A DNA stretch of 56,150 bases, counting the filler, from Dugesia japonica (lineage: Eukaryota), in assembly GCA_001938525.1 (NCBI GenBank). It is 5 parts of 5 records of this genome, joined end to end, with 100 filler letters (N's around TTAATTAATTAA, not from the genome) between each part and the next. Parts side by side here need not be neighbours in the genome. Positions count along the whole stretch, not along the records: positions 1 to 14,625 come from MQRL01585032.1; positions 14,726 to 26,291 come from MQRL01498259.1; 3 more parts are not named here. One strand, given 5' to 3'. Under the pieces are notes generated by a model, which searched no databases, had not been told where the DNA came from, and saw nothing but the letters and a program-made list of their open reading frames with translations. Of this stretch, positions 12,216-22,478 are shown one piece after another. Position 1 is the stretch's first letter, and every line of letters begins with the position of its first letter. The translations under genes and the position numbers were made by a program.

Positions 12216-13330
12216 TAGGTGTGTGTATTATTTTTAAAGGTATTTTCTTCAAAATCTACAAAACGAAAAGTCGAGAAAAACAGCTTTTTTATAGGAAATG
12301 GATACAAATTGTTCATTCAAAATATTAACCATCGCTGAATACTACTTTCTGCTATCTTTCCGGTAAAAAGTTGATTCCATGTCGATGCTTTTGATGCCAT
12401 CTCGGAATCCACCTATTTTTTAGTATCCTCATAAGAATGAAAACACTGACGTGTCATTGATCGGAAGAGATGAAAATCCGAATTAGCAATATCTTTGGAA
12501 TATGGCGGGTGTGGTAGTTTTTCCGAGTTCAGGTTTTCTAAAGTGTCCTTTAAAACTTGTCTTCTTTTATAATCTGGTCTTTTTACCTAAAACTCTTGAC
12601 TCAGTTGTTTTATTTAGTGTTTATAGACTTCTGAGGTGAAAGTTTCGTTGGTTTTGAGCAGTTCGTAATATATAACCCTAAGTTGATCTCACCAAATACA
12701 CAACATTAGTTTGACACCATGAATATTTGGTTTGGCAATCGATTTTGATAGTTTTCATGGTCTGCACCATGATTTTCTGCGCTTTGGTTTTTCATATCGT
12801 TCTGATTTTCGTCACATGTGAGAATACGATGTAAAAATGTTTTTCATTGATGCCTTTGAAGCAGCAATTTACAAATGAATTTACGCCTTTCTACATTTCT
12901 GGACTTCAATTCATAGGGTAGCTAATTTCCTTGTTTTTGTATTATTCCAATCTACTTCAGGCGTCTGGAAATTGCGGTTCAACTGATATCTAATGATTTC
13001 ACAAGTTTTTCCTGCGGTGCAGTTGGATCTTGATGAAATAAAGCCTCCAATTCCATATCGTTCTTTTTAGTAGGTTGTCCCGATCGAATCCTATCCTCAG
13101 TATCAAAATCACCACTTCTAAATCACCAGTATTCGCGTGTTTAAATCGATAGGCTATATTCGTCATAGGCATTTGGTGACATTCCGCAGTGCTCTTTTTT
13201 AAATGGAAGTTAAAAGCAAACCTTCTTACAAATGGCGTTTTGTTAGGAAAAATTTTGACATTTTGTTTGCTAAAATTAAAATGTCTTATGAGTATTTTTA
13301 AATGAAAATTACTGATTAGTACAATTCGGT
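12216..13330 (-). mobile_element. Decayed mariner transposon (Mos1/mauritiana-like)
   Basis: FHLKKSTAECH N-terminus, LPYEL (WVPHEL motif), ILTCDE, HPPYSKDIANSDFHLFRS (YSPDLAPSD motif); many stops. One TIR-like end, ttaggtgtgt, near 12216. Confidence 0.85.
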
Positions 13331-13809
13331 AATTATAAATCACGTGAAATGTTTAATACTGCGTGTTTATTATCAACTGCATGACCTTTTGATGTGTAAA
13401 TTGATGCGATTAAACAAACATCAATATTCTTAAAATTTCTAATATATTTCTAATTAATTAATACCTATAAAAAGAAACTTGTTAATCTTATATGTTTATA
13501 CAAAATATTATAATATAAAATATTAATATCAAAGAGTCTTCATAAATCAGTTAAATCAATAACTTATTCATATAAATATTAATAAATATAATAGTTATTA
13601 TATTTATAATACAAATATTATTATTGATTAATATTATTAAATCAAAACGTATCAAACCTGTAATTTATTAATATTATTTCATTTAAATTAACAAATTGAA
13701 TTATGGTCTAAGCAATTAAATCAAAACTGTAAATTAACAAAATAAATTCAATCCAATNNNNNNNNNNNNNNNNNNNNNNNNNNNNNNNNNNNNNNNNNNN
13801 NNNNNNNNN

Positions 13810-14350
13810 ATCATGCAGAATATAATAAAAAATGCTAAACTCAAACACAATCCAAGAATTATATTCAAAACGCAAGCACCTTTTGGCATCAAATTACAGA
13901 AACCAAGACAAAATGCATTTGTGGTGGCAAAATATATTCAATTAAAAAAATGTCACTTATAAAATAACATGCACCATTTGTCAAGAAACATATATAAATG
14001 AAACATGTAGAACCATCTAAACATGAATTTAGGAACATTTGAAACGAAAAGAAAGTGATGTCTTAAAACACTTTCAACACAAACATAGAATTGCAGCCGA
14101 CCAGTATCACATATCATGGAAAACACTAGGAACAAGCTACATTTCTACACTACATAAAAAAGCATGAAGAAATACTTATCAAAGAAAACAATTCTAAAAT
14201 AAATATAATTTACAATAATTAAAAAAAGAATTAAAATGAACCAATTAAAATTTAATAAAAATAAATTAATTCAAAATTAATATTTTATAAATATAAATTT
14301 TGAATAAATTAAAAAAATCAATTCCTGACGAAGAGAAAGTCGAAATATCG
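13810..14350 (+). mobile_element. Penelope-like retroelement relic (GIY-YIG endonuclease 3' end)
   Basis: NVTYKITCTICQETYINETCRTI*T*I*EHLK at ~13949-14045 fits the PLE GIY-YIG pattern. Related short sequence (cctgacgaaga; ttttgatcgMagcttttattttaaatgaat) recurs at 48420-48490. Confidence 0.7.
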
Positions 14351-14625
14351 AATCAATCTAAAAAAAAATAAAAAAAATTTTGATCGAAGCTTTTATTTTA
14401 AATGAATATTAAAAGAAAATTCGAATTAATGAAATTAAAATTTTTCCTCCCCAAAGAATCTAAATGTTAGAAATCATATTCTTTTATATTAAGTTAATTA
14501 CTCAGAAAAAGAAGTAATTAGAAAAACTGAAAAAAGTTCACGAATAATTCTCAAAAATTTGCAATATAAGTAACCGTGTTGTTGAAATCTATATAAATAT
14601 TAAAAGGCTTATTTCGATTTTCCAC

Positions 14626-14725
14626 NNNNNNNNNNNNNNNNNNNNNNNNNNNNNNNNNNNNNNNNNNNNTTAATTAATTAANNNNNNNNNNNNNNNNNNN
14701 NNNNNNNNNNNNNNNNNNNNNNNNN
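14626..14725. other. Artificial contig linker (44N-TTAATTAATTAA-44N); same at 26292-26391, 38874-38973 and 47498-47597
   Basis: Four identical 100-nt structures with a six-frame-stop core. Confidence 0.95.
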
Positions 14726-15151
14726 ATATATATATATATATATAAGTAGATGAAGGTAGTAGGGTAATTCGACAGTTAGTCATTAAAAATATATAAAATG
14801 TAAAATTTAAATGCCATACCACATTTATGTTATATGGCATCTACAATACTTATTAATATTTAAATATTGTCATTAATAATCCATAAATATTTCAATATTT
14901 ACAAAAACGTCACTTTTCAAATCCGATGCAAAATAAATTATTTAAAATGATTTAAAATAAATTATTTAAAAATATTTAAAATATTTAAAAATATATAAAA
15001 TGTATAAAAATATAAATTTATATTATATCGGCATCTATATTATCATTAAATAATCCAATCTGAGTGAAAAAAAATAAAAATAAAAAATTATATCAAAANN
15101 NNCCCCCCCTAAATTAAAATAAGGATCCTTGACAGGTAGTCAAAAAATTAT

Positions 15152-15244
15152 AATCCTGAATCCTGAATCCTGAATCCTGAATCCTGAATCATGAATCCAA
15201 AATCCTGAATCCTGAATCCTGAATCCTGAATCATGAATCCTGAA
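15152..15244. repeat. Heptamer tandem array (AATCCTG) x ~13
   Basis: Read directly; lies 70 nt upstream of the pPolB ATG. Confidence 0.95.
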
Positions 15245-15314
15245 TTTTTCCTTTAGAAAATATAATTTTATCTGAAGAGGTCATAAGAGGTGGCCCAAAT
15301 TTTACCTATAGAAA

Positions 15315-18300
15315 ATGGCTACGGCAGAAACAACCATGAGAACAATACCATTTAAATGTAAAAATTGTGGAGGAAAATTTAAAAATTCAACAGGTTTATT
15401 AACTCATTTAAAATCAAAATCATGTACAAGACCTAAAGAGAAAATTTATACTTGCACAAGATGTTTTAGTAGATTTGAAACTTTAAATGGATTAGATAAA
15501 CATAAAAAATCATCATTTTGTTGGAATCCAATTAGTGTAAGTTTACGTTGCAATGACTGTAAGAGAGATTTTAAAAGACAAGATCAAGCTAAAAGACATT
15601 TCAATGGGGAAGAACATAAAAACACTGTTAGAAGAAATCAACATTTACAACGGATTCAAGAATTAGAACAAAATGAACTTGAAGCTCCTGAAGATGAACC
15701 ATCAATAACTCCAACAAAAGAAAATTTATTTAATTCCGAAACATATCCCGATCATGAAATTGAAATTGGAGAAGATTCAATTTTGAAAATGAAAAAAGAT
15801 GTCAGTAGTATAAATTCACAATCAATATTAGATTTCCAACAAGAGATTACAGAAATAGTAAATAAAGTTTATGATAGTCAAGGAAGAGTTAAATTTAAAT
15901 TGTCTGTAACAGCCCAATATAATAAAGAAAATAAGACAGCCCTTTTCAATTCATATGCCCTGAATAATATTGTTTTAATAAAAAGGAAAATTCCAAAGAT
16001 TACTGCCGATGCATTAAAACATGCACAAAAATATGTTATATACGAAGCAAGAATCGAATCAAATTGGAATATAGAATTTATTACTGATTATAAACTTGAA
16101 TTTGTTAGTTATCAATCAATAGTTGGAGGAACATATCGAGAATTACCATTTTCAAAAAATGGAGTAGTTAATATAAGAAATTATGATAATAAATGTTTCT
16201 TATATTCAATCTTAGCCCACAGATACAATAATTTTGACCAACCAACACGTGTAGGTAATTATATTAATCGTTTAGGAGAATTAAAATATAGTGATTTAGA
16301 TTTCCCAATAACACTAGATGAGATAAAAAAATTTGAAAGATTAAATGATTGGAAAATAAATGTTTTAGAAGTAAATGCAAATAAAAAAATAAAACCACTT
16401 AGAATTAAACATTATGAAACAAAAACCAAACCTGAAGAAAATAAATGTAATTTATTAATTTACAAAAATCATTATATGCTATGTAGAGATGTTAATGTTT
16501 TTGCTCGAGATGAAAAAAATGCAAATAAATTATGTTTAGGATGTATGAATGCGTATAATAGTGAAAATTTATTAATAGATCATCAAAGAGAATGTATTCA
16601 TCAAGAACCAGCAAAGATTACATTTCCAAGAGAAGAATATTATGAATTTAAAGATTTTGATTACATAAATAAAATNNNNNNNNNACTATATGGAGATTAT
16701 GAAACTTACACTGACACCAACACTAAAAAACAAAAATCATTATGTTTAGGAGTTCAAATCGTAAGTCAATATCAACATTTACTGGAAAATAAATATTTGA
16801 GATTTACCAAGGAAAATAATATTGAAAATTTTTTAAAATTTCTAAAAGATATTAATGAAAGGGTTGATTTAATTTTGGATGAAAAATTAATAACAATATA
16901 CACTGGAACCGACCACCCTAATTTCATACCAAATCAAAAATGTAGATATTGTGAGAAACCAATAACTGAAAAGCAAGTAATTGATCATGATCACTTTGAT
17001 GGAAAATTTCGCGGATACGCACATCAAGTATGTATACTTAATGATCGATCCATAAAAAATTTATTTATTCCATTTTATTTCCACAATGGAGCCGGCTATG
17101 ATAACCATTTATTTTTTCGGGAATTAATGACAAAATATCCCGATGATGTTAAAAAAATAATACTCCATTCCGATGAGGAATATATTGCATTCCATTATAG
17201 AAAAATTAGGTTCCTGGATTCCAATAAATTATGCCCATTTACACCAGTAGAAAAAATGGGTAAAATGTTACTAAAAGCAAATAAATTTCCAATTACCCAA
17301 TCTCATGGTTTAATCCCAAAGAAGGTACATTATCCCTATTCCTATGTTAAAGGAAAAGATTTTAATGAAGTTCAAGAATTATTAAAAAGAAATTATACCC
17401 CAACAAAAGATGATTTCTATAATGATCTAAGAGAATCCCCAATGAGTGAAAATGATTATCAACAATTTTTACATGACTTCCAACCATTTAATAACATGTT
17501 AAAATATACTCATCATTATAATAAATTAGATGTAACAATACTTGCTGATTTTATTGAAACACTCAGAGACTTTTCTTTAAAATATTATAAAATCGATCCG
17601 TGTTATTGCTATACCGCACCAAGTCTAACCTGGAAAGCGGGAATGCGATTTACGAAAGCACAATTAACATATGCTAAACCATGGACTTATGATATCTTTT
17701 TAATGATTGAAAGAGGAATTCGTGGTGGGTATTCCGGATTATGCAGCAGCAGATTAGTATTACCCTTTAACGAAAAAACTCCACATAAATCATTTACTAA
17801 AGATCAAATGGAAGAAATGCAAAAATTAGCAAAAGAAGGAAAACCAATAGATAATTATTTTAGGGAATCATATTTAAAATACATCGATGCAAATTCTCTA
17901 TATGCAAGTGCAATGACTAAACCTTTACCAACTGGTGATATCTTTCCATCAACTGATTTGAATTATCAAAAAGCAACAAGTAGTTATAATTTTATTTATG
18001 AAGTCGATCTTGAATACACGGATACAATTCATGAAAAAACTTATGATTATCCACTGGCACCAGAAGTAGTAAATATTAGAGAAGAAATGTTAGGACCATA
18101 TCAAAAATCCTTCAAGAAAAAATTACCAAATGAAAATATAAAATTAACTCTTAATCAGTATGATAAAAAAAATTATGTTATACTCGGATCAACATTAGAT
18201 CTCTATATTCAAATAGGAATGAAAATAACTAAAATTCATAAAAAATATAAAATGTTAACATCCACATGGCTAAAACCATATATTGAATTTAACATTAAAC

Positions 18301-19799
18301 AGCGAAAAATAGCTAAAGAAAAACATGATGATTTTGGTGATCATTTTTTCAAATTATTAAATAATTCATTTTATGGAAAAACCCTAGAGAATATAAGAAA
18401 TCTGTGTAATGTACAAATTGTTGGAACTGATAAAGAAATACGGAGATTGGCATCAAAACCTTCATATATCGGATGTAAAGTTTTTACTAAAGATGAAGAA
18501 CGAGTTGGTCATGTTGTGGCAATGCATATGCGTAAGCCAAATCTAAAATACGATAAATTTCAATATATTGGTTTCACTATCCTCGAGTATGCTAAAGAAA
18601 TAATGTATAATTTTGTTTATAATGAAATGCAAATAAAATTAGGTAGAAAAAATTATGATATTCATTATTCGGATTCTGTAACCTATGATACTCCAATAAT
18701 AATAAAAGAACTTGGTGAAGAACCTGAAATTAAAATGATATCAGAAATAACTCAAGATTTTAAAGAAAGACCAGACGGCAAAGAATATTCAGAAATAGAA
18801 CATTGTCAAATATGGGCAAAATCTGGATGGGTAAAATTAAATAAAGTAATTAGACACCTTACACATAAAATGATTTATAGAGTTATTACTAATATGGGAG
18901 TAGTGGATGTAACACAGGATCATTCATTATTAGATGAAGATTGTGAAGAAATAAAACCAAGTGATTTAACTCCTGAAACTAAATTACTTCATAAAAGAAT
19001 ATTTAAATTAACTAATAAATATTCCTTTAACGGGATAAATCGAATTATAGAAGATAAAGTATCACTTGCAAAATTATACCATATTGGATCATNATTAGGA
19101 ATGAATTTATTTATTACAGAAGAAGATAATGGATTTAATATTTCGAGATTAAAATTAAAATTAGAAATTCCAACAAATGTACAAAGTGTAAAATTATTAA
19201 GAGAAGGCTTTGAATGGGTATACGACATCGAAACCCAAGATGGAACATTTAATTGTGGATTTCCATTAATAATTAAAAATACGGATTCATTATTTGTTGA
19301 AGTGTATGGAAAAGAAAATTTAACAAAATTAGAAAATACTTTAGGAGATGAACTTTTTCAATTGAAGGATGAGTTACCGAACTGTACCATAACCAAAGCA
19401 TGTTTCATCAAGGCAAAAACATATGGATATGAATACATTAAAGGCGATCAACTTATTTTCGATAAGAAACATAAAGGACTTCAATCTTTTAATAAAATTA
19501 AGATGGATCAATTTGAACAAGTATTAAATAATTCTAAATCAGTAGTTATGGGAACAAATCATTCTATAAAATCAAAAAATCATGAACTTAGAGTAGTTAA
19601 TCAAGATAAGATAGCATTTGGAGCTTATGATGATAAAAGAGTATTATCCAAATATGGAATTAAATCATGGCCAGCTGGAAATAAATATTTCTGTGAAACT
19701 TGTGAAATGTATCATTTAAGAATAGATGAATTAGATAATAAATTACCATGCCAAAATAATAATACTACTACTACTACTACTACAACTACTAATACTTAA
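15315..19799 (+). CDS. polB: Protein-primed family B DNA polymerase polyprotein (Zn fingers - TP/vOTU - exonuclease with HNH/EndoVII insert - polymerase) containing an intein
   Basis: Exo I YGDYET, Exo II FHNGAGYDNH, Exo III YNKLDV, RGG, motif A YIDANSLYASAM, motif B KLLNNSFYGK, motif C YSD|TDS split by 202 aa, KTY and YDDKR. Ns at 16676-16684 and 19093. Confidence 0.96.
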   Translation: MATAETTMRTIPFKCKNCGGKFKNSTGLLTHLKSKSCTRPKEKIYTCTRCFSRFETLNGLDKHKKSSFCWNPISVSLRCNDCKRDFKRQDQAKRHFNGEEHKNTVRRNQHLQRIQELEQNELEAPEDEPSITPTKENLFNSETYPDHEIEIGEDSILKMKKDVSSINSQSILDFQQEITEIVNKVYDSQGRVKFKLSVTAQYNKENKTALFNSYALNNIVLIKRKIPKITADALKHAQKYVIYEARIESNWNIEFITDYKLEFVSYQSIVGGTYRELPFSKNGVVNIRNYDNKCFLYSILAHRYNNFDQPTRVGNYINRLGELKYSDLDFPITLDEIKKFERLNDWKINVLEVNANKKIKPLRIKHYETKTKPEENKCNLLIYKNHYMLCRDVNVFARDEKNANKLCLGCMNAYNSENLLIDHQRECIHQEPAKITFPREEYYEFKDFDYINKXXXXLYGDYETYTDTNTKKQKSLCLGVQIVSQYQHLLENKYLRFTKENNIENFLKFLKDINERVDLILDEKLITIYTGTDHPNFIPNQKCRYCEKPITEKQVIDHDHFDGKFRGYAHQVCILNDRSIKNLFIPFYFHNGAGYDNHLFFRELMTKYPDDVKKIILHSDEEYIAFHYRKIRFLDSNKLCPFTPVEKMGKMLLKANKFPITQSHGLIPKKVHYPYSYVKGKDFNEVQELLKRNYTPTKDDFYNDLRESPMSENDYQQFLHDFQPFNNMLKYTHHYNKLDVTILADFIETLRDFSLKYYKIDPCYCYTAPSLTWKAGMRFTKAQLTYAKPWTYDIFLMIERGIRGGYSGLCSSRLVLPFNEKTPHKSFTKDQMEEMQKLAKEGKPIDNYFRESYLKYIDANSLYASAMTKPLPTGDIFPSTDLNYQKATSSYNFIYEVDLEYTDTIHEKTYDYPLAPEVVNIREEMLGPYQKSFKKKLPNENIKLTLNQYDKKNYVILGSTLDLYIQIGMKITKIHKKYKMLTSTWLKPYIEFNIKQRKIAKEKHDDFGDHFFKLLNNSFYGKTLENIRNLCNVQIVGTDKEIRRLASKPSYIGCKVFTKDEERVGHVVAMHMRKPNLKYDKFQYIGFTILEYAKEIMYNFVYNEMQIKLGRKNYDIHYSDSVTYDTPIIIKELGEEPEIKMISEITQDFKERPDGKEYSEIEHCQIWAKSGWVKLNKVIRHLTHKMIYRVITNMGVVDVTQDHSLLDEDCEEIKPSDLTPETKLLHKRIFKLTNKYSFNGINRIIEDKVSLAKLYHIGSXLGMNLFITEEDNGFNISRLKLKLEIPTNVQSVKLLREGFEWVYDIETQDGTFNCGFPLIIKNTDSLFVEVYGKENLTKLENTLGDELFQLKDELPNCTITKACFIKAKTYGYEYIKGDQLIFDKKHKGLQSFNKIKMDQFEQVLNNSKSVVMGTNHSIKSKNHELRVVNQDKIAFGAYDDKRVLSKYGIKSWPAGNKYFCETCEMYHLRIDELDNKLPCQNNNTTTTTTTTTNT
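18675..19280 (+). mobile_element. Mini-intein (202 aa) at the pol-c site of pPolB
   Basis: Block A SVTYDTPIII, block B VDVTQDHSL (TxxH), block F VYDIETQDGTF, terminal KN followed by Thr+1. Removal restores YSDTDS. Confidence 0.95.
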
Positions 19800-19834
19800 T
19801 TTTTTATTATAATAAAAGAATAGTAAAAAGCATA

Positions 19835-20454
19835 ATGAATATTACTGAAGAAGAGTTATTAAAATTAGTAAATTCTGATAAATGTAAATCAGTAAGAATA
19901 GATGGTAAAAATTATTGGATTAGTAAAAAAGTAAAAAATGAAATTAAAAATCATCCAAAATATAAAGAAGGTGGATTTGCATTCCTAGCCGCAATTCCAG
20001 CCATAATAGCCGGATTGGCAGGAACAGCTGGTATCGCATCAGGAATAGCGAGTACTGTTGCTAATTCAAAACAAGCAATCAAAATTCAGAAAGAAACAGA
20101 TTTATTAGGAAGCGAAGCTGCCAAAGGTAAAGGATTATACTTAAAAAAAGACGAAGGAACTGAAAGCCACAAAGGAACTGGATTATACTTAAAAAATGAC
20201 GAAGGACAAGGATTATACTTAAAATCTGACTCTAATGATAAAACAAAACCAACTCCGTTGGATCTGGTATTTATTTAAAACCATATGAAGNNNNNGCAAT
20301 TCATAAATATTTAAAAAATATTTTCGATGATGTAAAATTAAAAGATTCAACTAAAAAATTTAAAGATGGAATTGAAATAATACAACAGGGTGATGGTTTA
20401 TTTTTAAAGCCTTATAATTATTATGATAAAAATGGACATTCGGAAGAGGATTAA
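19835..20454 (+). CDS. Polinton core/membrane-active (pX-like) protein with GxGL(Y/F)LK repeats; frameshift near 20250
   Basis: KEGG|FAFLAAIPAIIAGLAGTAGIASGIA hydrophobic segment after an adenain-like xGG site. Three GxGLYLK repeats lie in ORF 19835-20278 and two more (GSGIYLKPY, GDGLFLKPY) downstream in a shifted frame ending at TAA 20454. Confidence 0.7.
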
Positions 20455-21337
20455 AGTATTAGAACAAATAATAGAATCTAGGAAAAGATATGATGATTAT
20501 TTTACTGCCAGTCACCTTAATGCTAATAATTTACAAAGTGAATTACGTGTTTTACAAAAATCAATTATTGATGCAATTAATACAGAAAAATTAATTACAG
20601 AAAAACCAAAAGTAATAGATAAAGATAAACTTGAAGCTAAACCCGATGAAGATAAACTTGAAGCTAAAAAAATAATTAAAGAAGAAATAAAACCTCCAAA
20701 ATTCATTATCAATATACCTGATGATATTGATCAAATTTTAAAACAAAAAACTACAACACTATTTTATCCAAAGAATACAATTATTTATGAAAGTCAATTA
20801 GGTCCAAATTTAACACCCCAAGAATGTGAATATCCAGTAGCAGAAAAAAAATATCGAATATTTCATTATCCAATTACAAAAGTAAATATTATTTTTTTCA
20901 ATGATGGTGCTAATTTAAGAATGTCAATTAATGAATATGTTTATAATTATAGTGAAATATTTTTAAATATAATTTTAGGTAATAAAAATAAAATAAAAAA
21001 TACTAAAGAAACAAAAAATTATCTTGAAATATATTTTGATAAAGTAGTAGTTAATAAAGATCCAAATAACACCTATTATAGTTTTTTAGAAAATAAATTA
21101 AATCCTCCCAAGACACGTTCTAAAAGTGTTCCGAAAAATAGCAAAGCACATAAAGGTAAAGGATTAAATAGTCCAATGAAATTATTTGAAAAATTAACAT
21201 TACTAATTTCGGCAACAAAATCCGGACACGATAATTTAGAAAATGATATTAAAAAAGTTTGTAAAAAATTAAAGATGATGAGATTACTTTCTGATAAAAT
21301 TTATGATAAATATAAGAGTAAATATTTTGATAAATAA
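20423..21337 (+). CDS. Conserved Polinton protein of unknown function
   Basis: 304-aa ORF; the C-terminal GKGL..P.KLFEKLTLLISATKSGHDN...I pattern resembles the Polinton 'LxLLxxxxxAGN' tail. Confidence 0.7.
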   Translation: MIKMDIRKRIKVLEQIIESRKRYDDYFTASHLNANNLQSELRVLQKSIIDAINTEKLITEKPKVIDKDKLEAKPDEDKLEAKKIIKEEIKPPKFIINIPDDIDQILKQKTTTLFYPKNTIIYESQLGPNLTPQECEYPVAEKKYRIFHYPITKVNIIFFNDGANLRMSINEYVYNYSEIFLNIILGNKNKIKNTKETKNYLEIYFDKVVVNKDPNNTYYSFLENKLNPPKTRSKSVPKNSKAHKGKGLNSPMKLFEKLTLLISATKSGHDNLENDIKKVCKKLKMMRLLSDKIYDKYKSKYFDK

Positions 21338-21525
21338 TGGCCCATGCAGTGGGCTTTGTAAATTATAAATTAAAATGTGTCATCCCCAAACGATTAATCG
21401 TATTGGATTGTCACACTTACATCTAGTAATTAATAAAGCCTGCTACGCAGGCATAATTTTAAAAAATATCGTTTAGGGATGTCAAATGTAAAATAACGAC
21501 ATGCATGTCGCAAGTTTACTAAAAT

Positions 21526-22191
21526 TTATAATCGATATCTCCTCAAGTGTTCTAAAATTGAAATTGGCTCTTGGTTAAAATCAATAGGTCTAAAATCTTG
21601 ATCTACAACTTTAAATTCCAAATCTGTAATATATTTTGTATTTAATTTTNNNNNNNNNNNNNNNNNNNNNNNNNNNNNNNNNNNNNNNNNNNNNNNNNNN
21701 NNNNNNGATGGAAATGAATATAATAAATTTACCGGCACTCCATTAATATAATTTGGTTGAATGATATTACAAGTTACATTTATCATGCTAACCCTTGAAA
21801 TGTCACATTTATTTAATGAAGTATAATTTCCTGGTTTATAAGTTCCTGGTGTAAAACCTGTAATTTTATTAAGAAAACATTTCTCATTAAAACTCAATGT
21901 ATTATCTTCTAATTTTAAATTACATTTTGTTGTTGATGTATCAATAATTATTTCAATTTTAAAATCTTTTAATCGATTTGACATCTCTTCTACTTCATAT
22001 GCACTGGGTTCAAGTTTTTCTTCTTTACCATTAATGTTAAATTTATTATTTTCCACAGTGACATTAAAAATGATATTGTAACATGCAAAACATAATAATC
22101 CTAATTCATACTCTGCATCTAATTCTATAGGATAAGTTAAATGCATTCTTAAATTATTTTCTTTATTAACTATTAAGAATTGGTTTGACAT
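21526..22191 (-). CDS. Minor capsid protein (penton, single jelly-roll)
   Basis: PIELDAEYELGL, FNVTVENNKF, AYEV, VTCNII..NYING...LLYSF and DQDFRPIDFNQEP are Polinton penton motifs. Confidence 0.85.
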   Translation of the reverse strand: MSNQFLIVNKENNLRMHLTYPIELDAEYELGLLCFACYNIIFNVTVENNKFNINGKEEKLEPSAYEVEEMSNRLKDFKIEIIIDTSTTKCNLKLEDNTLSFNEKCFLNKITGFTPGTYKPGNYTSLNKCDISRVSMINVTCNIIQPNYINGVPVNLLYSFPXXXXXXXXXXXXXXXXXXXXKLNTKYITDLEFKVVDQDFRPIDFNQEPISILEHLRRYRL

Positions 22192-22478
22192 TTTATTATA
22201 GGATAATTTAGGAAGCGAAGCTTCCTTTTGTTAATCTTCACTACTTATGTTAAATGTAAAATGCCAATACGATTAATCGTACTGGAAAATGACACACACA
22301 CTAATTACTAGAGTTTATTAAAGCCTGCTACGCAGACTAAACGATTAATCGTACTGGAAATGACACACTAATTATTAGTACTAGCATTTAATAGGGCCAT
22401 GCATGGCCCATTTAATTTAAATACCAAGTTTCAATTGCATTTCTCTAATAACTTTACTTTGATTTTCAACTAATGATT

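Noticed and set aside
14670-14681. TTAATTAATTAA as a biological motif or piggyBac target
   Set aside because: Always centred in exactly 44+44 N, so it is an assembly linker.
5780-14780. The two AGTAG ends as TIRs of one element
   Set aside because: The sequences diverge after 5 nt (AGTAGTTAAAT versus AGTAGATGAAG), the elements extend away from each other, and they lie on different contigs.
18989-19228. Short antisense ORFs (also 2958-3188, 20512-20712, 27795-27983, 28504-28719, 54508-54723, 55188-55457)
   Set aside because: Shadows of real or decayed genes on the opposite strand, with no motifs.
18675-19280. Insert as a spliceosomal intron or Hedgehog-type Hint domain
   Set aside because: In-frame open sequence without GT-AG ends, with intein N- and C-terminal residues, placed exactly at pol-c.
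19762-19796. Poly-Thr tail of pPolB as a functional domain
   Set aside because: Explained by an (ACT)n microsatellite.
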